Source: a virus. From it: a DNA stretch of 64,000 nucleotides. Shown piece after piece: positions 36,526 through 47,000 of this stretch (positions are counted from its first letter, which is position 1; every line of letters starts with the position of its first letter). The stretch spans positions 1 to 64,000 of the IMG/VR virus record IMGVR_UViG_3300018080_000117. One strand, given 5' to 3'. Under the pieces are notes generated by a model, which searched no databases, was not told the DNA's origin, and saw only the letters and a program-made list of their open reading frames with translations. The position numbers and the translations under genes were made by a program.

Positions 36526-36849
36526 TTAAACCCGTTGCTTAGCACGGGCATGCAGGTGCAAGTGGCTCGTCGCTTCCTTCTGACTGTAGTCTACCCACCA
36601 ATTATTCGTCCCGTACCAATCATCGGCTACCGGCTTCAAAGCTCGATCCATCCGTAAAAGTAATCCAGGGCTAAAGTTTCTGGTGTGCTGTTTGAGCGTG
36701 GCGACGAAGTCTAAACAAATAGGACAACGAAAAACTAAAAACTCCTCAGTCTCTTTTATTATCTTTTGCGGTAGTTTGCACAAGGCACACCGCACCCGTG
36801 ATCGCAAATTCCAATCGATAACCGTTTCTAGATTTTCGAATTCGTTCAA
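36526..36849 (-). CDS. Zn-binding/HIT-like hypothetical protein
   Basis: CALC, CPIC and a C-terminal HLHLH. Confidence 0.5.
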   Translation of the reverse strand: MNEFENLETVIDWNLRSRVRCALCKLPQKIIKETEEFLVFRCPICLDFVATLKQHTRNFSPGLLLRMDRALKPVADDWYGTNNWWVDYSQKEATSHLHLHARAKQRV

Positions 36850-36910
36850 CTCACTCCTCTATCTAAATCCAAATCGTACTCCTGGATGACCGTATGTATT
36901 TGTGCATGAA

Positions 36911-38176
36911 CTACACCACCTGAGCAAAAGGCGCTTCAGGTGGAGTTTCGTGCTTCAACGGCGGGTCCAACGACCCACCTCCACACCACGCCGGTTCCCG
37001 ACGTGAAAGCTTCTTCAAAGCCCAAGCAAGCATCACTCTGGCTGCGTTTTCATCTCGTCCGCAGATGACCCCGCATTTGCACTCATGCATGCGATCAGAC
37101 AGAGACTTGCGTCTCTGCTTTCCGCATACATGACAAGTCTGCGACGGCTTGACATGACGAGTTGGAATCTCCACCCACTCGACACCAGCTTCTTCCGCTT
37201 TGTATCTGAGGAGTTGGAGGAACGCAGACGGAGATGTGTCTAAGATAGACCGATTCAATCCGGCCTTTTGCCTCACGTTTTTGCCGGGGTCTTCTTTGGT
37301 CCCACGAGCTGAACTGGTCATCGCCTTGACGTTGAGCTTCTCGGTGGCAATCAGTGCCAACATCCCAATCAACTGAGCCGATAGCTTGTGCAAAAAATCC
37401 CTGCGCTTGTTGGCCACCTGGGCATGCAGTCTGGCTACTTGGCCACGAGCCTTGGTGCGATTCTTGGAGCCTCGTTTCTTGCGGGACAAATTGCGTTGGG
37501 CTTTTCTAAGCTTGCCCATGGCTTGGTTGATGTGTCTGGGGTTCTCAATCTCCTTGGTGCAACCGTCTTCGAAGGCCAATGTGCTGAACTTTGCCGTTCC
37601 CCAATCTAGGCCTGCTGCCAATCTTCCTTTTTGCCTCTTGGGTTCACAATTCAGCGTCACAGATGCGTACCATTTGCCCTGCCTGTGCTGAATCTCCATC
37701 GTCTTTGGAGTCCCAGGCGTTCTTGCTCGGCCACGTATCGTGATCAACCCAACCCCGGACACTCTCAGCTTGCCGTTGCGCTGGCCCTCCCCAGCCAGCA
37801 GGCGCCATCCATCGCCGTGGGTTTTGTATCCCCAGCCTGAAAAGCGACGAAGAGACTTGAACCTGGGAAATCCTGCCTTGCCCTTACGGGTCCGCACTCG
37901 ACGAAAGAAGTGCTGAAAAGCCAGGTCTAGGCGCTTCAAAGTCACCTGGCATGATTGAGCATTGAGCTTCTGGTAATCAGGATCATCTCTGCGGAGCTGG
38001 GTCAACTCACGGCATTGCTGGGAAAAACGAACCGTCTCTTGGCGAGACCGATAAGCCCAGATTCGATGTTCAAGCGCTGCATTGTACAGCCTTTGGTGGG
38101 CTTGCAATTGTCCTTGAAGCTGCTCCTGTTGCTTCTTTGTTGGATACAGTTGATATGTGACCTTGCGTTGTTCCAC
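36911..38176 (-). CDS. tnpB: RNA-guided endonuclease TnpB
   Basis: N-terminal YQLYPT HTH, RuvC residues GLDWG, ATEKL and RDENAA, Zn ribbon SQTCHVCG...CKCG. Confidence 0.95.
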   Translation of the reverse strand: MEQRKVTYQLYPTKKQQEQLQGQLQAHQRLYNAALEHRIWAYRSRQETVRFSQQCRELTQLRRDDPDYQKLNAQSCQVTLKRLDLAFQHFFRRVRTRKGKAGFPRFKSLRRFSGWGYKTHGDGWRLLAGEGQRNGKLRVSGVGLITIRGRARTPGTPKTMEIQHRQGKWYASVTLNCEPKRQKGRLAAGLDWGTAKFSTLAFEDGCTKEIENPRHINQAMGKLRKAQRNLSRKKRGSKNRTKARGQVARLHAQVANKRRDFLHKLSAQLIGMLALIATEKLNVKAMTSSARGTKEDPGKNVRQKAGLNRSILDTSPSAFLQLLRYKAEEAGVEWVEIPTRHVKPSQTCHVCGKQRRKSLSDRMHECKCGVICGRDENAARVMLAWALKKLSRREPAWCGGGSLDPPLKHETPPEAPFAQVV

Positions 38177-38243
38177 GTCTAAGTCTCACCCCAAGCTCAA
38201 ACTCTTTGACTTTATCACCCATCTCTGACACAAACTCTTAGTT

Positions 38244-38660
38244 ATGGCAAGCAAAATTGAACTAGAAACCCTTTCTCACTGCTCATATTCAATGCATGTG
38301 CATTTAGTTCTAGTCACAAAGTACCGCCGCAAGTGTATTGATCGCCAAGTCCTAAACCGCCTAAGAGAGATCTTCGAAGCCACAACCGCGAAATGGAACT
38401 GTCGGCTCTTGGAGTTCAACGGAGAACGGGACCATGTTCACTTGCTCATGGCCATCAACCCGACCATCCAACCATCTAAGCTCATCAACAACCTCAAGAC
38501 AGTCTCATCCAGACTGATTCGCAAAGAATTTCAGAAGCGGCTTGAGAAAGTGTACAGAAAACCGGTGTTCTGGAGCCGCACCTACTGCCTCATAAACTGC
38601 GGAGGCGCTCCCCTGAGCATCATCAAGCAGTACATCGAAAACCAAGATGACCTCGATTAA
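38244..38660 (+). CDS. tnpA: IS200-family HUH (Y1) transposase
   Basis: HLVLVTKYRR, DHVHLL, FWSRTY and KQYIENQ. Confidence 0.95.
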   Translation: MASKIELETLSHCSYSMHVHLVLVTKYRRKCIDRQVLNRLREIFEATTAKWNCRLLEFNGERDHVHLLMAINPTIQPSKLINNLKTVSSRLIRKEFQKRLEKVYRKPVFWSRTYCLINCGGAPLSIIKQYIENQDDLD

Positions 38661-38725
38661 CACCGCCGCGCTTCACCACCAGCCAACGAAAACCCTGTTT
38701 GGCTGGAGCACTGCGCGGCATTTGG

Positions 38726-38959
38726 GTAGGCCCATTCAATCGCGTCTTGCGGAGTTTTGAACTTTTCGTCTGCTGTTGTGTACTTCCGTACACTCCTAAT
38801 CTCCGATTGATTGACCAGGTGGTACAACGCAAAAAACGCTTCTTGGGCATGCAGAACTGCATAAGCTTGTTCTTTAGGGACAACCAAAATAACTGTTTGG
38901 TTGTCAGGACTGGGTTGAATCGTGACCGCTGGTTTTTCTTGGCAACAATATTTTTTCAT
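38726..38959 (-). pseudogene. 5' part of a 97-aa gene interrupted by the IS (3' part at 36846..36905)
   Basis: 78 codons ending ...DAIEWAY join in frame to AQIHTVIQEYDLDLDRGVS*. Confidence 0.85.
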
Positions 38960-39350
38960 TCACTGCCCCTAGATCTATTACTTTTTCTTGATCTGGTTCA
39001 ATCCCAAACTTACTAAACGCTACCGTGTACCACTCATTATTCACAGCTTCTTGCGCTTGCTCTTTGGTGATTTTCTTGCCTGCCAACGCCATCCCGATTT
39101 CACACAAATAAAGGTTGCAAACCTTAGGACGACGAGACCTCTTCAATTTGCAACCTCGACGAGGTCTTTGATAGGGGCAAGAAAGATTAGCAGAGCGTCT
39201 CGGAAAGCGATCGGTGATTTCTGGAACGTCTACCCAAAACTTACAACAGTTACCGCAACTGACTGGACACGGGATGTTTTCTAAGGGATTGCCGTCATCG
39301 TCGGCCAGGTACCGAATTACTTTTGTGGTGTCTTCGAATTTTGCCAACAT
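38904..39350 (-). CDS. CxxxCxxCC (YkgJ-like) Cys-cluster protein
   Basis: CPVSCGNCC...CPY...GCKL...RPKVCNLYLC. Confidence 0.6.
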   Translation of the reverse strand: MLAKFEDTTKVIRYLADDDGNPLENIPCPVSCGNCCKFWVDVPEITDRFPRRSANLSCPYQRPRRGCKLKRSRRPKVCNLYLCEIGMALAGKKITKEQAQEAVNNEWYTVAFSKFGIEPDQEKVIDLGAVNEKILLPRKTSGHDSTQS

Positions 39351-40105
39351 TATTTTGTGTACCTACTGTTTTGATCTTTGAAGCAATGCTCTCGGTAGGA
39401 ACAATACCCGCACCACTTGAATTTTAAGTTGCGAAAAAACCAATCCTCGTTCGTTCGCATCGCTTTCCTTACTTCAGCGGCCATTTCCCAAAACTTAGCA
39501 ACCGTTTGCTTTATCTGATCCTCAGACACAGAAACAGAAATTACTTTTCCAGGCTCCAAAAAAACATACTCCCCTTTAGCCGGGATGCGAAACTTTTTTC
39601 TGGCCCAATTAACGTAAGTAGGAATTTGGGGGCTGTTTAGTATTTCTTTCTTCGTCAGAGCCTTTTTGTTAGTTTTGTAGTCAACCACAACCAGTTCATT
39701 GTTCCTACTATCTACTCGATCGGCTTTTCCTACCACCACCACGTCGTTGCCGATCGGGAGCTTGAACAACTGCTCTACGCTAACGATGTCTTGAGGATTT
39801 GGCTTAGGAGCGGTTTTGAGGTACCACAGAAGCATTCGTTTGATACGTTGCTTGTCAGGAGTAGTCAAGCCCTTCGATTGTCTCACAGCGGCTCTGAAGG
39901 ATTCGGACATCAACTTAGAAAGGTTTTCGTCGCTGTCTTGCTGGTGCTTGTGAAAAAGCTCTAACGCAAGGTGCGCCGTATTACCAATCTCCAACGCAGT
40001 ACTAGGAGGCTCGGGCCTTTTCTGAACGTACTTATAAAGGTAAAGCCTACGACAATTGTGATAAGTTTCTAACTTAGATACCGAGGTGTAGAACTTGTAA
40101 GCCAT
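39350..40105 (-). CDS. PD-(D/E)XK RecB/Cas4-like exonuclease
   Basis: S.SKLETY..C, G...H..LE, GKADRVD, VVDYKT, Q...Y and C-terminal CGYCSY...C. Confidence 0.9.
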   Translation of the reverse strand: MAYKFYTSVSKLETYHNCRRLYLYKYVQKRPEPPSTALEIGNTAHLALELFHKHQQDSDENLSKLMSESFRAAVRQSKGLTTPDKQRIKRMLLWYLKTAPKPNPQDIVSVEQLFKLPIGNDVVVVGKADRVDSRNNELVVVDYKTNKKALTKKEILNSPQIPTYVNWARKKFRIPAKGEYVFLEPGKVISVSVSEDQIKQTVAKFWEMAAEVRKAMRTNEDWFFRNLKFKWCGYCSYREHCFKDQNSRYTK

Positions 40106-40137
40106 GCGCCTTCCTTTTTGCAGAAGGCGTACCGGCT

Positions 40138-41754
40138 TTAGGCAGAAAGAAGGAAGTTATCTTTTTTGGAAGGTCTTTTAGACGTCTTCAAAACAGACTC
40201 AACGTTTGCCTGCAACTCGGCTTGCTTTCGTTGAGTGATGTAAGGATTTACCTTAGACGCTTTTTTCGACGTTGTTTTGGTGTAGAAGTCGGGCTCTGGG
40301 TTAGCCTGGGCTTCAGCGTAAGCTTCCTCTTCCTTTTTGTTCCTTCTTTCGGTCTCAAGATCCACACCAGCACCAACCGCGTACGTGCGATCGCTAAGAA
40401 TCCCTCTTTCTTTTAGATCTCGCCAAACACCTAGCAGAGCAGTGTCCTGCGTCGATTCAAGATTCTTAGCCCAACGAATTTTAGGAACGATTAGCTTACG
40501 CTCTTCGGGCTTATCGATCCTAATCCGATGCTCCAGTTGAGACTGCGGGCGTTCGTAAAAGTCATGCATTTCCGCAATCGGCTTACAAATCTTCTCGATA
40601 AGCCAACCGTACTCCCACGCCTCACGAAAAGAGTTGAGCCGATCAATAAGCGTTTGAAGACCTGCAACCGCCGCTGCAAAACTTGTCTCACCAACTAAGA
40701 AACTTTTCGCCATACCCATAGCTAGCAACTTCACACGTTCGATAAATTCCCACTCCCGAGAAATTAGCATCGCTTTGTCCGCAACACCGATGTAATCGAT
40801 CGAGACAAACGGGTGCGTCACGATCGCAGCAAGCGGATCTACTTCCGCCATACTAAGCTGTTCCATGAACGCATCGACGTCTTCGTCCGTTGGCATCCAC
40901 CCGTTAGGGCTGGGGTCTCCTAGTTTGATTAAACGCACAGGAGCAGCGTTGCGTTGACTTACAGCCAGGCTTGCGTTGACCGTAAAATCTTCGTACATCG
41001 TTGAGCGGAACAACCGGGTGTAAAAGCTCTCTCCACGAACTTTGTCGCTGGTGCTTTGCCGTGGGAAATAACCTGTATTTAGGTTATCGAGCAGAATTTT
41101 TTGTCCGCTTCGAAAAGCGTTTACTAAGCTCGAAGGCAACGCACGTACGAACCGCTGCACTCGCGGGTCAGGGGAATTTATTAAATTTAGAATTTCTGGG
41201 GTCGGATGCATCCACAACAAAGGCTGGTCCGCTACCAATCCCAATCCCTGCACCTCAATGTAGTCAGGGTTGTGAGAGATTACTCTTTCCCAATAACCTT
41301 TGTTGCTGTTGAAAATGTTGTGCGGGATAAATTCCCCGGTAACCAAGAAGTCTCGGGTAAACGTAGGAAACTTAGGAACGAGGTTGAGATCGGTAAACAT
41401 GTCCTCGTACAGGTTTCTAACAGTGGTATCTTCAATGCCATCGATTTCAAAATTGCTCCAAGGCAATTCTGCGTAAACGTCAGTTCCGATCGCAATCGTG
41501 GGGTCCCTGCGATACATGTCTCTAAAAACAGAATTTGCAATAGCTCGTTCTTTGGGGAAGTAAAACTTATCAGGTGTAGAGTAACGATAGTCGTAGAATA
41601 AGGGACTTTGAGAAATAGAGTTTGTCGCGCCACTGCCTGAAGTAGCTCCACCAGGCAAAACCGAAGCGGTTTTTGGGAACGCTTTGGGAAGCTTCTTCCC
41701 TCCCGTTCTTAGGATTCTTGGCGCTGGAGGAGTGTACTTTTTCTTCTTAGCCAT
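40138..41754 (-). CDS. Portal protein
   Basis: 538 aa between terminase and protease. DFLVTGEF, HNPDYIEV, RGES, GETSFA..VAGL and PKIRW patterns. Confidence 0.85.
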   Translation of the reverse strand: MAKKKKYTPPAPRILRTGGKKLPKAFPKTASVLPGGATSGSGATNSISQSPLFYDYRYSTPDKFYFPKERAIANSVFRDMYRRDPTIAIGTDVYAELPWSNFEIDGIEDTTVRNLYEDMFTDLNLVPKFPTFTRDFLVTGEFIPHNIFNSNKGYWERVISHNPDYIEVQGLGLVADQPLLWMHPTPEILNLINSPDPRVQRFVRALPSSLVNAFRSGQKILLDNLNTGYFPRQSTSDKVRGESFYTRLFRSTMYEDFTVNASLAVSQRNAAPVRLIKLGDPSPNGWMPTDEDVDAFMEQLSMAEVDPLAAIVTHPFVSIDYIGVADKAMLISREWEFIERVKLLAMGMAKSFLVGETSFAAAVAGLQTLIDRLNSFREAWEYGWLIEKICKPIAEMHDFYERPQSQLEHRIRIDKPEERKLIVPKIRWAKNLESTQDTALLGVWRDLKERGILSDRTYAVGAGVDLETERRNKKEEEAYAEAQANPEPDFYTKTTSKKASKVNPYITQRKQAELQANVESVLKTSKRPSKKDNFLLSA

Positions 41755-41772
41755 ACTTGGCTACCTTTCGGG

Positions 41773-41982
41773 TTACTGAGTTCGACAGATCAAACCTAAG
41801 TCGATGCTCAACCCTCTACCAAAAAATGCTTGTACAACCGCTTCACGGGCGTGCTTCGATCTCATACCCATAGCTTCAAGAGTTGCACGAGCGTTTGCCA
41901 AAGGACCTAAAAACTGAACCCCTTGATCACTTACGTAGGTGTAGGATCGTGACGCTGTGTCATAAACCAAACGTCCTTGCAT
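41773..41982 (-). CDS. Hypothetical protein
   Basis: 69 aa, GGAGG RBS. Confidence 0.6.
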   Translation of the reverse strand: MQGRLVYDTASRSYTYVSDQGVQFLGPLANARATLEAMGMRSKHAREAVVQAFFGRGLSIDLGLICRTQ

Positions 41983-41991
41983 TGTCGCCTC

Positions 41992-43155
41992 CTACCACAC
42001 CAGCTTAGCAGACAGTTGGTTGATATGGGCTGTCTTCAACAAAGCTTCCGCTTGGTCAAGGGCAGCAATCGACTCTGCTACCTTAGGATAAGTCTCGCCG
42101 CTAAGCTTGTTGCCAATTGCTTTGATCTTTTCCCAAAGGCCCTTGAAGAAATTTTTCACCTTAGTGAAAAGTTGGCTTTGCTTACGCGGATTCGGATTTT
42201 CTCTGAACGGGAAAACCGAAAGAACATTTTCCGCAGACCGGTTCGTTTCCTGAACGGTCTCTTTCCATTGTTCAAGCGCTTCGTAAACAGCCCCAACAAT
42301 CTTAGGGTGATTTTCGTTCACCTGTTCAAGAATATTTCTAAGCGCGTTCAACTCATCTGCGGGCGTTGGGGGCTTACCTTCCTCATCGAGGGTACGTCGA
42401 AAAGCAGCGATCTTTCCTTTGTACTGCGTAAACACAACTTGATCTAACTCTTCTAAGTCTTGTTGAATCGTATCCATACTTAGAAAAGCGTTTTTTAGTT
42501 CGTCTTGCTGATCTTTCTTTAAGGTACTAAGTTGAGCAGCCAAAGGCTTCAATTGCTCGTCTTTTATTTTCTTTATCTGCGCAGTCAGTTCTTGCTCCAT
42601 CTCTCGGAGCCCTTCAAGGTTATTGAGCATCTGAGACAATTGCTCATCGGCTTCTTCCACGTCGCCTACATCCGGGGCTACGTCTCCTAACCCCTTCGGG
42701 GCACGCGTAAGCTCTTTGTACCGGTAGCCCTCGGGGTACTCTTCGGGGACAACCTTAATTGGTTCGTTCTCAGGGGGATCGTACTTTTGGCCCAGCAAAG
42801 ACATAGCTGCTTGCCGCATGTGATGTGCGTAAGCTAAGCTTTCTGTGGCGTCTTGGCTAAACTGGTTCTCACGAACCGTCAGCGAACCAAACAGTGGGTC
42901 CTCGACATCGACTTCGTCTTTGTTGATTGCCGCCACACGCACTAGGGAGCCCGTAGACAGTTGCGCCCACTGGCCCGGTGTGACGAAAGGACCCTTCGTC
43001 TCAAGGGCATGTACGGCTTCTTGTGCCTTCTCGACGGCATTCTCAGCCTTACGTTCTGTTATCTCGTACTGTTCCACCAAGAGGTCTTCAACCTCAGGCC
43101 AAGACCAACCTAGCAACCAATACGCTTGGGCGATCTGTTCAACAGGCGTGTCCAT
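41992..43155 (-). CDS. Coiled-coil head-associated protein
   Basis: 387 aa, long heptad-rich region, MRQAA, RKQSQ and LKTA motifs. Confidence 0.65.
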   Translation of the reverse strand: MDTPVEQIAQAYWLLGWSWPEVEDLLVEQYEITERKAENAVEKAQEAVHALETKGPFVTPGQWAQLSTGSLVRVAAINKDEVDVEDPLFGSLTVRENQFSQDATESLAYAHHMRQAAMSLLGQKYDPPENEPIKVVPEEYPEGYRYKELTRAPKGLGDVAPDVGDVEEADEQLSQMLNNLEGLREMEQELTAQIKKIKDEQLKPLAAQLSTLKKDQQDELKNAFLSMDTIQQDLEELDQVVFTQYKGKIAAFRRTLDEEGKPPTPADELNALRNILEQVNENHPKIVGAVYEALEQWKETVQETNRSAENVLSVFPFRENPNPRKQSQLFTKVKNFFKGLWEKIKAIGNKLSGETYPKVAESIAALDQAEALLKTAHINQLSAKLVW

Positions 43156-43171
43156 TAGAAGCTCCTGCTAC

Positions 43172-44032
43172 TTAGATTTCTTTTATGTCTTTGACACCGC
43201 GCTCCATCAAAACGTCTACGATTGCGTTAGACCACGCGGCTTCCCAGGCATCAACAGCTTTCTGAATTCCGCGATCACCGTTCAGCATTTCGTAAATGTG
43301 CTTCTGGTCTTCTGGGGTAATCAAATGATCCCAGTCACCATCCATAAAAGTTATACCATGACCAAGAGCAGTCATCCACAAAAGATAGTTGGCGTCGGGC
43401 AGTTCAGCATTTTCATCGTTCATAAAACCCATTACGTGCTTATCGATAAAAGCGTCTAGCGCAGTATCAGCCTTATCAGAAGCTGCTTGCAATTCAGGGT
43501 TGTTTGCCAAGTCCTCTAGAAAATCAAAATCGTCCATCCAATCTTCGGCGTTGGTGCCATGCAACTGACTTTCGGCTTCTATTCGAGCGTAGTCATACAA
43601 AAACTCAGGGTCGCTGATATCGCCTTCCATCGCTTTCTTTTTTAGTGACGCCTTTCGCATTTCAGCTTCCTCCACAAAACACGGTTGATTGTTTTCAATT
43701 CCTAACGATTCACACGTACCGCCCACCAATTCCAACACCAAGTCAGCGTAGCATGACCAGCGTTCCTTAGTTCCTGGCTGCGCGTTGTGGACAACCTTAG
43801 CAACCCGATACTCATTTTGTTCTTTCCTAAGAAAGACAATGTCAATCGGAAAACTAACGCTACCCATGTGAAACGTTGTTTGGTGCGGGGTGTTGAAAAC
43901 AAAAAGTAAGCCTTCGTTAGAAGGCAAAGAGGCAACACCCTGCAAGCCCGTTGTCAGTTCTTGCTGTGTTTGCGCCAACGCAACGTTGAACGTTGCTGAC
44001 CCAAAACTTACTTTTGTTTGCAGGGTGGCCAT
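43172..44032 (-). CDS. DUF192 domain fused to a basic linker and an acidic domain
   Basis: GLQG...L...EGLLFVF...FHM..V.FPIDIVF...VLEL.GG (DUF192), then MRKASLKKKA with an internal GGAGG-ATG at 43660. Confidence 0.75.
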   Translation of the reverse strand: MATLQTKVSFGSATFNVALAQTQQELTTGLQGVASLPSNEGLLFVFNTPHQTTFHMGSVSFPIDIVFLRKEQNEYRVAKVVHNAQPGTKERWSCYADLVLELVGGTCESLGIENNQPCFVEEAEMRKASLKKKAMEGDISDPEFLYDYARIEAESQLHGTNAEDWMDDFDFLEDLANNPELQAASDKADTALDAFIDKHVMGFMNDENAELPDANYLLWMTALGHGITFMDGDWDHLITPEDQKHIYEMLNGDRGIQKAVDAWEAAWSNAIVDVLMERGVKDIKEI

Positions 44033-44041
44033 TGTCTATTC

Positions 44042-47000
44042 CTAAATTTTTTCCCAGAAGTCGTAAGCCTGCTCCGGGGTGATATCCCCGTTGCTGACCG
44101 CGTAGCCAATCGTCATTCCACGCTTCCATATCGTTGCTGCGTCTTGCGCGTCGAGCCCCCAGTCTTCTAAAGCCTTTGCTGCGGAAGGCTCAAACACACC
44201 TACACGCATCCACTCTTCGGCGTCTTCTACATCAGGATATTCGTCCATCCAATCTTGAGCAGTTTGTTCAATATCGTTACCATGAAATCTTTTACCCATG
44301 GACTGCAGAAGATTCACAAATTCGTCAAGTTCATCATCTTCATCATCGTCCATGGGATCACGGACAAACTCTTCAAAATCGTCGGCAACCTCGTCCCAGT
44401 CAACTTCGTCGAGATCAATATCAACACCCTCAATTCCGCCCATTGCGTGAACGTAATCATCGATCGCATCTGCAAGCTTTCTCAGCGACTCTGCTTCTTT
44501 AGCCAAAGAAACAACGTCGTGGTACATACCTTGATCATTCAACAGCCAACGAGACACCTCATCGGTGTCCCAACCCGCACGACGACGAATCTCGCTGCTG
44601 CGTTTTCGAACTGGTATTTTTCGGCCAACGCGGCGGGAAGGCTTACGGGTGCGAGAAGACAACTTGTTTGTTCGGCGTCTGATCATTTTTTTAGCCTTTC
44701 TTTTTTTTGAGCTTTCTTTTTCTTCGGGGGGAGGCCAACCACCGTAAAGTTCTTTCCACGAATCTAACTCTTCTTGAATATGTTCCTTGCCCCGCTTGCT
44801 AGCAAGCATCGCATCTACAAACTCGCGTGCTGTCATCGTATAAGAACGTCCGTCTACATTTTCCGTTAATACGTCATACGCTTCATCGCCCCACTCTTCC
44901 TCCAACTCCTTGACGTAATCCTTATCTTCCATCAATAAATTTGTTGTGATTTCGTAAGCACCTTCAAGAGCATCTTGGTCAGAGCCGGTCCAATCTGCCA
45001 CTAGTGCCCCGGCGTAACTAAGATAGCCTTCTTGACTCCACGTAATCCCAACAAAAACAGGGTCTGAAGGGTCTTCAGGCAATCCGATCTCGGACTCCTT
45101 CAACATCACAGCCCCCAACACCCGCTCAAAATCTTCTTTAGCTCCCGCTTTCCGTCTAATCATTTTGTCTCCCTTAAACTTTGCAAGCTTTCGCTTAGCT
45201 GCTGTAGCGGGGAGCTTCTTGATTGTCTCAGCCAAAAGCTCACCCTGGTACAACAAGTTTTGAATTTCCTTACTTGCAGCTTGAGTCACGTCAACACGTT
45301 CGAGCATGTTCAAAAAGTCTTGAGCCACTTTCTGGGCCTGTCCTACGTCAACTTGCGCTTTTCGTTGATGTGCCAAAGCCAGGCGAATCTTTGTTTTCAC
45401 CTTAGCGACACGGCGAGAGGCTAATTTGTTAGATCGTCTGCGTTGCAACACACTCTTCATTTTCTTTGTCTTCTTTCTTTTGTCACAAGACTTCGCCAAC
45501 CGCCGGCGCTTAGCCCGCAACCTCGCCAACTCCAACGCGGGACCACCCATGTCCTCAAACTCAACAAATTCGCGATACTGCTCTGTGGGCCGCTCTTCCA
45601 TATTGGTGTCTTCCTTGCCGTGCCAGAGGTCGTCCCAAATTGACTTTACCTCTGCCCATGTGTCGCTCTCTTTGACACGTTGGAGCCACTGTTTGATATT
45701 GGGCAACGACGGAACCCAATCGCGAATGGCTTCAGCCAATTCCTTCTTCTCGGTCTCTAATGCTTGGGCAAAAGCTAACTTACGCGCAGCCTCTTTTGCG
45801 TCGTTCTTTTTCTCAAACACTTCTGTGGACGCAACGGTAACCGACTTGTCGAGAACGTTTGCCTTGTAGCCACCTTCGACCTTATAGATCTTGGCCTGGT
45901 AACTTTTGGGTTCGCGCATCATCGTATTTTCCTTATCTTGGTTAGCAGGTCTTGAACGCACAGACAGATTCGGATTGCGCAAACTAGCAGCGGTTTCATC
46001 GCTGTCCTCTTCGCTAGTGTTTTCATTTTCCTCGGTGTCGGAATCATTTTCGTCATCCTCCCACCAAGAGTCTTGTGCAGCGGTAATTTCGTCTTCGTGT
46101 TCTTCCTCAACCCTTTTAGCAGCTATGCTTTCTAAGTCGTACACAACAATCCCATCTTCTGTCAGCACAATAGGATGATTATAAGTTTCCGCAAACCAAT
46201 AGGACAACTCCGGGTTATCGTGCGCCTCTGCATGATTAACAATGTCCGAAGGGTTAAATTCCGCAGCTAACAACTCAAACGCCTCGGAAAGTTCGTCAGG
46301 GCTTGGATCGTCTACAGCATAACCTAACTCATTAAGGGAGTGTTCTACATATTCAGTAGTCACTCCTCCTTTGAGGTAGTCTTTCTCAATAGTTTTCGCA
46401 AGCTCGTTTTGGGCAGCTTCCGTACGCATATCGATCGGGTCTACAATAGGAGTGAACACCCAAACTGACCCGTCATCACCTGCGTACTGCTCTGCTACAG
46501 CCCAATCAACAGTACCGTAAATGTGCATACCAGTTTCTAAATCTTGCCTACTCGCCCTACCGTGGACGTACCAGCCCTCAGGAAGCTCATCCCAAATTTT
46601 TAGGTTTTTCACCTGCTCTAGAACAGGATGATCTGCACTAGACTTTTTAGGCATTTCGTTTTTGACGTTTGGGTTTTTCACCTTACGCTTTACTTCCTTC
46701 TGGTATTCGGAAGTCTCATTGCGAGAAGGCATCTTTTGTTTTGGAAGTGCCTGCAAAGCCGTTTTGCTTTCACCCAAAGGCAACCCGTGTAGCAAGATCC
46801 AATTGTTGATTTGCGCGGCAATAGAGGCGGACTTACTTTTCAGCAAGTCGTCATAGAAGCTTTCGTCAAGACTACCGTGCTCGTTGACGTAGCTTACCAA
46901 CTCCAAGATCGCTTCGTCTGTTTCTGTCTGCGAGCTGTTCAAATTGTCTTGAACTCTGATCTCAGCCGACGCAAGACCCATCGTAAAAGCGTCTTGTTCT

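Larger units (their letters stand above)
36906..38725 (-). mobile_element. IS200/IS605-family element (divergent tnpA/tnpB), 1820 bp, inserted 3' of CTAC
   Basis: Left-end hairpin CCAGCCAA/TTGGCTGG preceded by AGTG. Right-end hairpin CCACCTGA/TCAGGTGG preceded by GAAA and ending TCAT. Removing the element restores an in-frame ORF. Confidence 0.9.

Noticed and set aside
38657-38959. 100-aa ORF as an intact gene
   Set aside because: Its last 22 codons come from the IS left end. The real C-terminus is at 36846..36905.
39350-40105. Cas4 as evidence of a CRISPR-Cas locus
   Set aside because: No array or other cas genes were seen. Stand-alone PD-(D/E)XK nucleases are common in phages.
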